Source: Candidatus Iainarchaeum sp.
GTDB lineage: Archaea > Iainarchaeota > Iainarchaeia > Iainarchaeales > CSSED10-239
Length of the DNA: 20,179 bases
Direction: 5' to 3'
Assembly: GCA_003559395.1 (NCBI GenBank)
Contig: PWLL01000070.1
Coordinates: 1 to 20,179, forward strand
The notes beneath the pieces are model-generated. The model did no database searches. It was given only the letters and a program-made list of their open reading frames with translations, and was not told the origin of the DNA. The stretch's first letter is position 1; the number at the start of each line of letters is the position of its first letter. The position numbers and the translations under genes were made by a program. Below are positions 1 through 9,395 of the stretch, piece after piece.

Positions 1-14
1 ATTTTCACTAAAAA

Positions 15-929
15 CTATTTAACAGATCTTTTTGTTAAAAACTTAAGATCATTATATGCTTTTTTCTTTGTTATCCTATCTGTTGCTCTCTCAAACAAAT
101 CATCTGTGTATCTTCCTGGTGGACCAACAGAAACAATATTTTTGTTTTTTATTCTTTCTAGTATTTCTTTATTTTTTTCAAAAGAATGTTCTTCTTCAAA
201 AAAAGAACTTGGCAAATCCATTATCAAGATTCCACTTCCAAGACGCTGAACATAGTCTGTTCCTGACCCAGCAGTTATAAACTTTGCATTTCTTCCAAGC
301 TTGATAGCTGCTGCAAACTTATATACAACATCATATGATTTTTGATCTAGTTTTTGAGTAAGCTTATAACTAAACTTACTTAAACCTAAACCATCAAAAA
401 ACTCATGAACTTCAAAAAAATCTAAAAGTTGTCTTAGTTTTCTTATAAAAAAAGAATCATACATATAGTATGATAAATAGCCAATCATACCATTATATGC
501 CTCTACTCCAACTCTATTTTTCTTAATAAATTTTTCTAATTTATCTAAACCCATAAGATAGGTAGCAGAATTACTAATCAACCCAAAAGGATGCGCGATA
601 GACATAAGAAACCCTTTTTTATTACAAAGATCACAAACTCTTTTTATAGATACTTCTTTTTCATATAATAAACCATAACTATAAACATCTTCAGAACTAG
701 CATAAATAAGAACATCTCCGCAATCTGTTGTGACTGTTAAGCCAGGAATCAGTATCTTGTCTTTGGGTTTATATTTCAATAATTCAAAATATGCTTTCTT
801 TGGATTATGTTTTGCATATTCTGTTATTGCTGAACCTAATAAACCTCTTCTACTTAAGATTGACCAATACTTTTTTGGTGATTGTTTTCTTCTTAACAAC
901 CTTGTATTTAAATCAAAATTACAATTCAT
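15..929 (-). CDS. PHP (polymerase/histidinol-phosphatase) fold family protein with divergent metal-ligand positions
   Basis: Track ORF 15..947 opens with TTG. The first ATG is at 929 (MNCNFDLNTR...). It matches the PHP phosphoesterase pattern by eye: N-terminal DLxTx, QSP...GLLGSAITEY, ILIPGLTV strand, SIAHPF, GVEAYNG, ITAGSGTDY near the C-terminus. Confidence 0.6.
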   Translation of the reverse strand: MNCNFDLNTRLLRRKQSPKKYWSILSRRGLLGSAITEYAKHNPKKAYFELLKYKPKDKILIPGLTVTTDCGDVLIYASSEDVYSYGLLYEKEVSIKRVCDLCNKKGFLMSIAHPFGLISNSATYLMGLDKLEKFIKKNRVGVEAYNGMIGYLSYYMYDSFFIRKLRQLLDFFEVHEFFDGLGLSKFSYKLTQKLDQKSYDVVYKFAAAIKLGRNAKFITAGSGTDYVQRLGSGILIMDLPSSFFEEEHSFEKNKEILERIKNKNIVSVGPPGRYTDDLFERATDRITKKKAYNDLKFLTKRSVK

Positions 930-1090
930 GTTTATTCTTTCTAACAATAACTTTTTAATTGTGTTTACTCTATATATTATATATAGTAAGATTATTTTAT
1001 ATTTATATGTTTTAGATATAACATCTAAAAATAATGATAATAATTAATTAGATTTTAAACAAAAAATCTATTTTTACAAAAAAAAACAAA

Positions 1091-1095
1091 GGTGA
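1091..1095 (+). promoter_or_regulatory. Shine-Dalgarno-like GGTGA for the beta-CASP RNase gene
   Basis: GGTGA is followed by an 8-nt spacer and then ATG 1104. The GTG that the ORF track used as a start (1092) lies inside this motif. Confidence 0.5.
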
Positions 1096-1103
1096 GAACA
1101 GTT

Positions 1104-2402
1104 ATGAAATTACAATGCTTAGGTGCAGGACAAGAAGTAGGAAGAAGCGCTTTTTTATTAAAAGGTCATAAAAACTTTCTTTTTGACTATGGTTTAAAAC
1201 TAAACCCTAGAACAAAATATACAGAAGACATTTCAACAAAAAGTCAAGCAGAACCTCCGTTACGTGTAAAAGATTTTATAGACGGAACAATTCTTAGTCA
1301 TGCACATCTAGATCATTCAGGTGCAATACCATTATTATATAAAGATGGTAGATCTCCTTTATTTTCTACAGACGCAACCTTAGATCTTTCTAATCTTTTA
1401 TGGAACGATACTCTAAAGATTGCAGGTTATGAAAAAGAAGAGCCATTATTTAATGAAAACAACATATTTGATGCTAATGAATCTTTTTTTAACATAAAAC
1501 TAAGAACTCCAATAGAAATTGAAAAAGATGTAAATTTGACATTCTTTGATGCAGGACATATTCCTGGAGGAGTTATGAGTTATCTTGAGATGGATTCTAA
1601 ATCTATAATGTATACAGGAGACTTTAGATATTCAGAAAGTTTTCTATTTAAGGGTTGTGACAAAAAACTACCAAAGGTAGATTACTTAATAACAGAAACA
1701 ACCTACGCTCTAAACACCCATCTTTCTAGAAAAAACATAGAAAAAGAATTTATTGAAGAAGTAAAAGAATGTATAGACAATGGTGGAATAGTTATTTTGC
1801 CTGCGTTTGCTATTGAAAGAAGTCAAGAACTTATGTATATTCTTTACGCACACAAAGTAAACTATGTGCCTATATATCTAGACGGAATGGGAAAGATGGC
1901 CACCAATATCTTTAAAGAACATTCTAAATGGATTACTGATATTAAAAAGTTTAAAAGAGCAACAGAATCTGTAGAGTATATTAAAAAACATACACAAAGA
2001 AAAAAAATAACTCAAAAACCATGTATAATAATAACTACTGCAGGTATGCTTGAAGGAGGGCCAGTCCTAGGTTATATTGAAGCTCTTGGAGATGATCCAA
2101 AAAACAAAATAATCCTTACTGGCTTTCAAGTAGACGGAACCAACGGAAGAAGACTTTTAGATACAAACAAACTTTTAATAGATGGTCAAGAATATAAACC
2201 AAAAGCAAAAATCTGTAAGTTTAGTTTTTCTGCACACGCAGACAAAAAAGAACTTGACAAGTTTATTGACAAAGTAAACCCAAAAAAGGTTTTTTGTGTA
2301 CATGGTGACAAAGAAGCAGTGATTTCTTATAAAAGAGATCTTATAGAAAGAGGAATAGACGCAGAAGTCCCAACTAACGGAAGTACTTTCGATTTAGATT
2401 AA
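1104..2402 (+). CDS. beta-CASP metallo-beta-lactamase-fold ribonuclease, KH-less archaeal CPSF-like (aCPSF2-type)
   Basis: Ordered motifs: HAHLDHSG (HxHxDH), DAGHIPGG, YTGDF, ITETTY (beta-CASP motif A), FSAHAD (motif B), CVHGD (motif C). It is about 430 aa with no N-terminal KH domains. Start moved from GTG 1092 to ATG 1104 (MKLQCLGAGQEVGRS), which has the upstream GGTGA. Confidence 0.9.
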   Translation: MKLQCLGAGQEVGRSAFLLKGHKNFLFDYGLKLNPRTKYTEDISTKSQAEPPLRVKDFIDGTILSHAHLDHSGAIPLLYKDGRSPLFSTDATLDLSNLLWNDTLKIAGYEKEEPLFNENNIFDANESFFNIKLRTPIEIEKDVNLTFFDAGHIPGGVMSYLEMDSKSIMYTGDFRYSESFLFKGCDKKLPKVDYLITETTYALNTHLSRKNIEKEFIEEVKECIDNGGIVILPAFAIERSQELMYILYAHKVNYVPIYLDGMGKMATNIFKEHSKWITDIKKFKRATESVEYIKKHTQRKKITQKPCIIITTAGMLEGGPVLGYIEALGDDPKNKIILTGFQVDGTNGRRLLDTNKLLIDGQEYKPKAKICKFSFSAHADKKELDKFIDKVNPKKVFCVHGDKEAVISYKRDLIERGIDAEVPTNGSTFDLD

Positions 2403-2404
2403 AT

Positions 2405-3130
2405 ATGCAAAGATTTTGTCCAAAATGTGGAAAAGATATTGAAGAAAACATTGATGGTTTTTGTATTGATTGTTATCTTGAAGATCATGAAATACTAACC
2501 ATCCCAGTCTTTGATATTTATTATTGTAGTGTTTGTGAAAGCTACACATACGCTAACAAAATCTACAAAAATAAACAATTGTTAGAAAAAGAACTTTTAA
2601 AACACATAAAACTAAAACATTTAGAAGATGCAAAACCAAGTCTTCAAATTGTTATTGATGATCAAAAAAAAGAGTATTTTTCTGAAGTAACCGTAAGATT
2701 CTTAATAAACAATAAGATAAAAAAAATAAAACAAACACAAAAAACAAACTACAAAAAAGAAATTTGTGTTGCTTGTTCTAGAGTTGCTGGAAATTATTAT
2801 ACATCGATTATACAACTAAGGTTTGATAACAAGAATCTTCAAGAACAAATATTGCCTTCTATTAGAAAAAGAATACAAAAGATAGTTCACGATTATAATA
2901 AAAAACAAAAAGACCTAAAAAACCAAATAAACATTGTTAAAGAAAAAACAGAAAAAGGCGGCGTTGATATATATATAAACGAACAATCACACGCACAAAG
3001 AATTGTTCAAAATCTTTCTAAAAACAAAAACGCTTACGATCAGAAATATTCTAAAACTTTAATGGGCGTTCATAAGAATGGAAAAAAAAAGTTTAGATAT
3101 ACTTTTTGTATCCATTATAAAGACGATTAA
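2405..3130 (+). CDS. NMD3-family protein (archaeal homologue of the large-subunit export/biogenesis factor), short form
   Basis: It has four CxxC pairs (CPKC, CIDC, CSVC, CVAC). The segment CVACSRVAGNYYTSIIQLR fits the NMD3 N-terminal zinc-binding region. ATG 2405 lies 2 nt after the upstream stop (2400-2402). Length is 241 aa. Confidence 0.75.
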   Translation: MQRFCPKCGKDIEENIDGFCIDCYLEDHEILTIPVFDIYYCSVCESYTYANKIYKNKQLLEKELLKHIKLKHLEDAKPSLQIVIDDQKKEYFSEVTVRFLINNKIKKIKQTQKTNYKKEICVACSRVAGNYYTSIIQLRFDNKNLQEQILPSIRKRIQKIVHDYNKKQKDLKNQINIVKEKTEKGGVDIYINEQSHAQRIVQNLSKNKNAYDQKYSKTLMGVHKNGKKKFRYTFCIHYKDD

Positions 3131-3146
3131 TCTTTTTCTTATAAAC

Positions 3147-3803
3147 TTATTTTAGCTTTCTTACAAGCTTTATCTTATCTTTCTTTGAAACAATCAAAAC
3201 TTTGTCGTTTTCTTTAAGTTTAAGATCTTTAGAAGGTACAAAAAACTGATCTTCTGAAAAAAGTCCAACTATGTTTGTATCTTTTGGTAATTTCTTTTTA
3301 AGGAAAGAAAGATCTTTGTTTAAAAACTTTGATTTTTTATGTATTAGTAGTTCAATAATCTCTGCATCTCCTCTTGAGAAAAAAGAAAGATCTAAAACAG
3401 AAGGCTCAGTTATTAGCTGAGAAATATATCCTGCAGCAGCTGCTTCAGGATGAATCACAATATCGATGCCTAGCCTGTCTAATATCTCTTTTTCATAGTG
3501 TATCTTGCTTAGAGTTAGTGCGACTGTTTTTACTCCTATCTGCTTTGCTAAAATACCAACAACTATATTAATCTCATCTAAAGAAGTTACACAAACAATA
3601 ATGTCTGCTTGATCAATCCCTGCTTCTTTAAGAACAGATGGCTCAGTTGCATCTCCTGTGATAGTTACAACATCTAGTTCGTTTGCGATTTTTTGTGCAA
3701 CTTTTTCATCTTTTTCTATAACTACTACGTCATGATTTTCTTTTGCTAGAATATCTATTATATATCCACCTAGGTTTCCTGCACCTGCAACAATAATATA
3801 CAT
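3147..3803 (-). CDS. trkA: Trk/Ktr potassium uptake system, NAD-binding RCK subunit
   Basis: N-terminal Rossmann motif IIVAGAGNLGG with an acidic residue after beta2 (VVVIEKD). TrkA-N then TrkA-C layout in 218 aa. It lies immediately downstream of trkH. Confidence 0.9.
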   Translation of the reverse strand: MYIIVAGAGNLGGYIIDILAKENHDVVVIEKDEKVAQKIANELDVVTITGDATEPSVLKEAGIDQADIIVCVTSLDEINIVVGILAKQIGVKTVALTLSKIHYEKEILDRLGIDIVIHPEAAAAGYISQLITEPSVLDLSFFSRGDAEIIELLIHKKSKFLNKDLSFLKKKLPKDTNIVGLFSEDQFFVPSKDLKLKENDKVLIVSKKDKIKLVRKLK

Positions 3804-3809
3804 TTATTT

Positions 3810-5258
3810 TCACCTTATTTTTCTTTTTTGTATAAGCATTCCTAACATTCCTAAGATAGGAATAATTTCTAATCTCCCAACCCACATATTTAATATCAAC
3901 ATTATCTTTGCTGTAAGTGGTAGATTAACATTTGTTATTCCCGTTGATATACCTACGTTACTTTGTGCAGCTGTTACTTCAAAGAAACTTTCAACTACTC
4001 CAAAGTTGTTGTAACATAAGACTGTTGTTCCAATAATAATAAACAACAAATATATTAATATGAAAAAATATATATTCCTTACATCTCTATTACTTATTAG
4101 AGAAGATTTATATTTTTGTGAAAAATTAGCAATATCCGGAAGAACGATTGATTTTATTTTCCAAAAAATGGATTTAATAAAAAGAATAAATCTATCAATC
4201 TTTATTCCACCGCTTGTGGAGTTAGTTGATCCGCCTATAAACATTATTAATGTGCCTATTAATATAAAAAAAGGACCAATAGACAACAATTGTGAAGAAG
4301 ACCAATTTGTAAAACCACCACCAGTTATAAGACTCGTAAGATTCATCAACACTTCTGGCCAAGTATAAGTGTTTGAGATTTTTATAAAAACAAAGATAAA
4401 CGAAAGCATAACAACCATAAGCATAAAAAACATTTGATTGTCTTTAACATATTCAACAAAAGACTTTTTCTTAAAAAAAAGATAATGAGTAATAAAAGAG
4501 GTTGCACCTAACAACATTATCAAAACTAAAGACAATTGTATATATGGATTATGTAACAACAAATCACCTGCTAGGCTTGCTCCGTTTCCTGTTGTAGATA
4601 TGGCTGACATAGAATAAGTTACAGCATCAAAAACACTCATCCCAAAAGCAGACAAAAGAATAAATCCAATAAAAGTTAGAAACAAATAGATAACCCATAT
4701 ATTAAAAACAGTTTTCTTTATACTTGGTCTTATTCTGTCATGACCTTCTGCACTAAACACCTTATTTGAATAAACTAAACGACCAGTGATTCCAAAAAAC
4801 GCAAGCAAGATAATTCCAACACCACCAAACCAAGATAACAAAGATCTCCACAAGATCAGGCTTTGGGGTATTGAATAGGTGTGTATCATGGTTAAGCCAG
4901 TTGTTGTTAAAGAAGACATAGTTTCAAAATAAGCATCTATAAAAGACATGTTGTTTAGAAACAAAAAAGGTAAAGAACTAAACACAGCATATATCAACCA
5001 AACAAAACAAACAACCAATAAAGAGTGAATTGTTTTTAGACCAAGATATTTTTGATAAGGTTTTACTTTTATAAGCTTTGATCCAATTAAAGAAAAAACA
5101 AAACATACTAAAAATATTAAAACATAAGTCAAAGTAATTGATAAAGCTTCATTAAATAGAACAGAAAAGATAACAGGCAACAATAGACTAAAGCTACTAT
5201 AAAGCAATATCTGTGATGCAATCTTTAAAACAAAGCTAAAGTTCCATTTTGTATACAT
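3810..5258 (-). CDS. trkH: Trk/Ktr potassium uptake system, membrane subunit
   Basis: Polytopic membrane protein of 482 aa. It carries four pore-loop-like glycine motifs (SLTTTGLT, ISTTGNG, ITGGGFT, SNVGIST), as in TrkH/KtrB. There is a 6-nt gap to trkA. Confidence 0.9.
   Translation of the reverse strand: MYTKWNFSFVLKIASQILLYSSFSLLLPVIFSVLFNEALSITLTYVLIFLVCFVFSLIGSKLIKVKPYQKYLGLKTIHSLLVVCFVWLIYAVFSSLPFLFLNNMSFIDAYFETMSSLTTTGLTMIHTYSIPQSLILWRSLLSWFGGVGIILLAFFGITGRLVYSNKVFSAEGHDRIRPSIKKTVFNIWVIYLFLTFIGFILLSAFGMSVFDAVTYSMSAISTTGNGASLAGDLLLHNPYIQLSLVLIMLLGATSFITHYLFFKKKSFVEYVKDNQMFFMLMVVMLSFIFVFIKISNTYTWPEVLMNLTSLITGGGFTNWSSSQLLSIGPFFILIGTLIMFIGGSTNSTSGGIKIDRFILFIKSIFWKIKSIVLPDIANFSQKYKSSLISNRDVRNIYFFILIYLLFIIIGTTVLCYNNFGVVESFFEVTAAQSNVGISTGITNVNLPLTAKIMLILNMWVGRLEIIPILGMLGMLIQKRKIR
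3811..3814 (-). promoter_or_regulatory. Shine-Dalgarno GGTG for trkA
   Basis: The minus strand reads AAGGTGAAAATAAATG. GGTG overlaps the trkH stop codon and sits 7 nt before ATG 3803. Confidence 0.5.
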
Positions 5259-5264
5259 ATTTTT

Positions 5265-6587
5265 CTATTTTATAAATTTATTTATAAATAATGATGCTGT
5301 AAGATCACCAGTAACATTAACAAGCGTTCTTAACATATCTAAGATTCTATCAACACCTAAGATTAACGCGATTCCTGAAAGAGGCACACCTACAGCTGTT
5401 AAAGCCATAGACAAGATAATGATTCCCACTCCTGGAGTTCCGGGAGTCCCTATCGACGCAGCCACAATCGTAACAATCAACAACAAAAGTGCAGAAAAAC
5501 CAAGATTGATTCCAAATATTTGTGCTAAAAACACAGTTGCTATTGCTTGATATAGAGCAGTACCATCCATGTTAATTGTTACTCCGATCGGTATAATAAA
5601 TTGAGCAATTGAAGGTCTTACTTTTAGTTTTTCTTCTGCAGTTCTTATAGATAAAGGCATAACCACTGCAGAACTAGATGTTGAAAAAGCAAGTAATTGA
5701 GGTTCTCGTACATTTTTTAAGAAAGTAAATGGATTTTGTTTAATAATAAGTCCAATAATTAACATATAAACAACAAGCAAACACAAAAGCCCTAAGATAA
5801 CGCAAAGAATATACATTCCTAGTCCAGTAAGTGTACTTAACCCAAACTGACTAGTTACTTTTGTCATTAAACCAAACACTGCTATTGGTGCTAAAAACAT
5901 TGCATATTTTACGATCATTATACAAACATCTTGTAAAGAAGACAACACCTCTAACAAAGGTTTGGCTTGTTTTTTTTTAAGATTTATTAAAGCTACACCA
6001 AAGATTAACGTAAAAATAATAATTGGCAACATCTCTCCTCTTAATATCGAACCAATAACGTTTGTGGGAATCAATTCAGAAATCATGGTTGGTAGTTTTT
6101 CTGCGGTTGGTAGTTCTTGGGGTTGTGTGATTTCTTCGTTTGGAGTTTGTGAAAGTGCGTCTGCACCCACATATTGTCCAGGATTTAGTGCGTACGCTAA
6201 CAATAGCCCAATCGTTATTGCAATCGTTGTAGTAATCACAAAATAAATAACAATTGTAAGTCCTGTTTTTTTCAGTTGAGAAATACTTTCACAAGAAGAG
6301 ATTCCTTTTATGATAGATGCAAAGATCAAAGGAATAACGATCATCTGAATAACACTCAAAAAAACATATCCAGGCAAAGCCACCCACTCACTAATAACTA
6401 AAGCTGCTTCTGGCGAAAATATTCCTACAGCAGGACCTAATAAAAAACCAAAAAGCACACCAAAAACAAGACCTATCAAAACTTTTAACCAAAGTCTTGT
6501 TTTTACAAGTGTTCCGATTTGTTCTGCTCTTTGTTTTATTGAGCTATTTTTTATAAAGTTTAGTGATTTCATTTTTTTTAAAGCCAT
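5265..6587 (-). CDS. gltP: dicarboxylate/amino acid:cation symporter (DAACS/SLC1, GltPh-like)
   Basis: Hallmark motifs: SSSAVVMP (HP1), NMDGTALYQ, GTPGVG (HP2), DRILDMLRTLVNVTGD. The Arg in DMLRT matches the Arg that contacts the substrate side-chain carboxylate in acidic-amino-acid transporters. Confidence 0.92.
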   Translation of the reverse strand: MALKKMKSLNFIKNSSIKQRAEQIGTLVKTRLWLKVLIGLVFGVLFGFLLGPAVGIFSPEAALVISEWVALPGYVFLSVIQMIVIPLIFASIIKGISSCESISQLKKTGLTIVIYFVITTTIAITIGLLLAYALNPGQYVGADALSQTPNEEITQPQELPTAEKLPTMISELIPTNVIGSILRGEMLPIIIFTLIFGVALINLKKKQAKPLLEVLSSLQDVCIMIVKYAMFLAPIAVFGLMTKVTSQFGLSTLTGLGMYILCVILGLLCLLVVYMLIIGLIIKQNPFTFLKNVREPQLLAFSTSSSAVVMPLSIRTAEEKLKVRPSIAQFIIPIGVTINMDGTALYQAIATVFLAQIFGINLGFSALLLLIVTIVAASIGTPGTPGVGIIILSMALTAVGVPLSGIALILGVDRILDMLRTLVNVTGDLTASLFINKFIK

Positions 6588-6605
6588 TTTATCTTGCCTT
6601 TGTTC

Positions 6606-6619
6606 TTATATATAATATA
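6606..6619 (-). promoter_or_regulatory. TATA-like box upstream of the GltP-family gene
   Basis: The minus strand reads TATATTATATATAA, 19-32 nt upstream of ATG 6587, within the 42-nt gap after the ATPase stop. In such AT-rich DNA this may be coincidental. Confidence 0.3.
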
Positions 6620-6629
6620 CATTCATTAT

Positions 6630-9269
6630 TTATATGTTTTTTGTTTTTTCATCAACACTCCAAAAGTTAGTTTTTTTATTAATTATCTTTAATATATCAA
6701 ATATCAAAACATATAAAAGTCCTAAACCTAAAACTAATATCCAGCTAACAAATGGAAGAGGAGTTGTTTCAAAGACTTTGTTTAATGGAGTATATAAAAC
6801 TACAATTGTTGCAACAATTGATATGATTGATGCAAAAAACAAATAAAGGTTTATAAACGGAGATCTATTTAAGACTCCTTTTCTAAAAGACCTAAACACA
6901 AAAGCACCAACAATCTGCAAGAAAATCAAAGTCAATAGAGCGGTTGTTCCTGCAAACAAACCATCGTGTCCATATATGTTAAAAGAAACATAAAAAACAC
7001 CAAGACTAAACAAAGTCATCATCACTCCTGAAAAGAAAAGAAGATACAAAAGATTTTTAGTTAGTATTTTTTTTGTATTTATTCTTCCTTCCATAATATC
7101 ATTGGAAGATGGATTAAAGCTAAGTGCTATTGCTGGAAGATTGTCTGTTACTATGTTCATAAACAATATTTGTAAGGGCAACAACAAAGGAATAGGCCAA
7201 CCAAAAGCACCAGCCAACAAAACACCAAAAACAATTATGCCAAGCTGTGAAAAATTACACGAAAACTGATATGTCATAAACTTCCTTATGTTTGTAAAGA
7301 TTGTTCTTCCTTCTTTTATAGCATAAACAATACTTGCAAAATTATCATCTTTTAAAGTCAAATCTGCAACAGACCTTGAAACATCTGTGCCTGTTTGTCC
7401 CATCGCCACTCCGACATGTGCTTCTTTTAGAGCTGGTGCGTCATTAACTCCATCTCCTGTCATTGTTACAATTTCTTTATTTTGTTTTAGGGCTTTTACT
7501 ATCCTTAGCTTATGTTCTGGTCTAACTCTTGCAAAAACAACAACATCGTTAATTATTTTTGATAGTTCATCATCTGTTAGGTTATCAATTTCTTTTCCTT
7601 CTAAGATTTTACCTTCTTTTAAACCTATTTTTTTAGCAATTGCTTTTGCTGTTTCTTTTGCGTCTCCTGTTATCATTTTTACTTTTATTCCTGCTTTAGC
7701 ACACATCAAAAGGGTTTTTTTAACTTCTTCTCTTGGAGGATCTTCTAGTCCAACAAAACCAACAAAAACCAAATGGTTATTAATATCTTTTTGATCATAT
7801 TTTTTATATGCAAAAGCTAGTGTTCTTAATGCTTTATTTGTTAGTTTTTTATTTAAAGAAAGAACATAATCAATATCTTTTTGAGTAATGTTTCTTATTT
7901 TTCCTTTATCAAAAATATATTTACATTTTTTTAAAATAACTTCAATTGCTCCTTTAACATACACGTTTTCTTCTTCATCTTCTGAAACTAAAACACTCAT
8001 ATATTTTTTCTCAGAACTAAAAGGAATTTCTTCTTTTCTTGTAACTTCAAAATCTTCTTTAAAGATATTTGCTTTAGAAGCCAAAACTAACAAAGCTGCT
8101 TCGGTTGGTGGTCCTGAAATTTCAAAAAAGATGTTATTTTCAAGTTCTTTTACATATGAGTCGTTACAAAGAACAGATGCTTTTAAAATTAATGAAAGTT
8201 CTTTATTTATTTCTGCTGGTTTATTATCTTTTATAATTTGTCCTTTTCTCTCATATCCAACTCCACTAACATCATACATTTGATTGTTTGCATATATTTT
8301 TTTTACAGTCATCTCTCCTTTAGTTATAGTTCCTGTTTTATCAGAACAAATAACTGTTGTTTCTCCCAAGGTCTCAATAATTGACATTCTGTTTACGATT
8401 GCGTTTCTTTTTGCCATCCTGTAAGCACCCATTGACAAAGAAGAAATTAACACAACTGGTAAGCCTTCTGGAAAAGATGCTACAGAAATTGCAATCACTA
8501 AAATAAGTACGTCTGCAATAACACTTGTAGTTATTATAGGTTCTTTTAATAAAACAACAACACCTGTTAAAAATGCAAAAAACAATCCAAAAAACACTAA
8601 CAATTTTAAGGTTTTATTAATTTTTATTTGTAAAGGAAGTTCTTTTTCTGCTGTAGAGATCATATCTGCAATCTTTCCAAATTTTGTATTCATACCTGTG
8701 TGTGTTACTTTTGCAAGAGTTTTGCCATTTACAATAAAAGAACCCATATACAATATATTTTCTTCTTTTGTATTTGTTTGATCTTTGATAGCTTGTTTTT
8801 TTACTTCTTTTGATTCTCCTGTTAACACTGCTTCATTAACCAGAAGTTGTGTTTGTTCTAGTATTACAGAATCAGCAGGTATTTTTTCTCCTGTTCTTAA
8901 GATAAGAATATCTCCTGGAACAATTTCTGTTGATGGAATTTCTTGTTCTTTTGAGTTTCTTATAACTAAAGTTGTTGGTGTGATCATTTTTTTTAAAGAT
9001 TCTACTGCTTTTTCTGCTTTATATTCTTGTATAAACCCAACTCCAACAACAAGAATAATTACAGATAAAACAGCATATGCTGTTACTGATTTTCTAACAA
9101 TAAAAGAAAGAATAGTAGCTACTAGAAGAAGATAAACAACAAAGTTTCCTTTTACTTGTCTTAATAATATCGTATACCAAGAAACTTTGTTTACATCTAC
9201 TATTTCGTTAGCACCATATTTTTTGTATTTTTCTTGTGCTTTTTTTGTGGTTAGTCCTTTTAGTTTCAT
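6630..9269 (-). CDS. P-type ATPase, type II (Ca2+-ATPase-like cation pump)
   Basis: Motifs: TGES, FPEGLPVV (M4), ICSDKTGTIT, KGAIE, MITGD, TGDGVNDAPALK. M6 reads MNIVTDNLPA, retaining the N/T/D positions used for Ca2+ ligation in SERCA-type pumps. Length is 879 aa. Confidence 0.95.
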   Translation of the reverse strand: MKLKGLTTKKAQEKYKKYGANEIVDVNKVSWYTILLRQVKGNFVVYLLLVATILSFIVRKSVTAYAVLSVIILVVGVGFIQEYKAEKAVESLKKMITPTTLVIRNSKEQEIPSTEIVPGDILILRTGEKIPADSVILEQTQLLVNEAVLTGESKEVKKQAIKDQTNTKEENILYMGSFIVNGKTLAKVTHTGMNTKFGKIADMISTAEKELPLQIKINKTLKLLVFFGLFFAFLTGVVVLLKEPIITTSVIADVLILVIAISVASFPEGLPVVLISSLSMGAYRMAKRNAIVNRMSIIETLGETTVICSDKTGTITKGEMTVKKIYANNQMYDVSGVGYERKGQIIKDNKPAEINKELSLILKASVLCNDSYVKELENNIFFEISGPPTEAALLVLASKANIFKEDFEVTRKEEIPFSSEKKYMSVLVSEDEEENVYVKGAIEVILKKCKYIFDKGKIRNITQKDIDYVLSLNKKLTNKALRTLAFAYKKYDQKDINNHLVFVGFVGLEDPPREEVKKTLLMCAKAGIKVKMITGDAKETAKAIAKKIGLKEGKILEGKEIDNLTDDELSKIINDVVVFARVRPEHKLRIVKALKQNKEIVTMTGDGVNDAPALKEAHVGVAMGQTGTDVSRSVADLTLKDDNFASIVYAIKEGRTIFTNIRKFMTYQFSCNFSQLGIIVFGVLLAGAFGWPIPLLLPLQILFMNIVTDNLPAIALSFNPSSNDIMEGRINTKKILTKNLLYLLFFSGVMMTLFSLGVFYVSFNIYGHDGLFAGTTALLTLIFLQIVGAFVFRSFRKGVLNRSPFINLYLFFASIISIVATIVVLYTPLNKVFETTPLPFVSWILVLGLGLLYVLIFDILKIINKKTNFWSVDEKTKNI

Positions 9270-9395
9270 ATTTATTCTTTTTAAATATATGTTATATAAT
9301 ATATATCTATATTAATGTTTATAAATGTTGTTTTTAGATTGTTTTTTTTAGAAAAGGTCTATGAGAATAACTAACAGGTTTTTCTTTTAAAATAG

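Noticed and set aside
56-1047. Plus-strand ORFs 56..280 and 730..1047 overlapping the PHP-fold gene
   Set aside because: They run antisense to a gene with family motifs. They are rich in F/L/S from reading K/E/N codons backwards and have no recognisable features. The 730..1047 ORF merely runs on into AT-rich intergenic DNA.
3374-9135. Antisense ORFs inside trkA, trkH, the GltP-family gene and the P-type ATPase (3374..3571, 4060..4368, 5962..6246, 6634..6846, 7387..7794, 7888..8283, 8785..9135)
   Set aside because: Each lies wholly within a well-supported gene on the opposite strand. The translations are low-complexity S/F/I/L-rich with no motifs, which is typical of shadow frames.
5265-9269. 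Visibly higher G+C in the GltP-family and ATPase genes than in the coiled-coil genes, considered as a sign of horizontal transfer
   Set aside because: The difference is explained by amino-acid composition (G/A/V/L-rich membrane proteins versus K/E/N/I-rich soluble proteins). There are no flanking mobility genes or repeats, and I did not compute codon-position G+C.
9361-9390. A 9-codon upstream ORF (MRITNRFFF) in the leader of the AAA ATPase gene, preceded by AAAGGT
   Set aside because: The SD-like motif is only about 3 nt from the ATG. The peptide is tiny, and such ORFs arise by chance in AT-rich DNA. There is no conservation evidence available.
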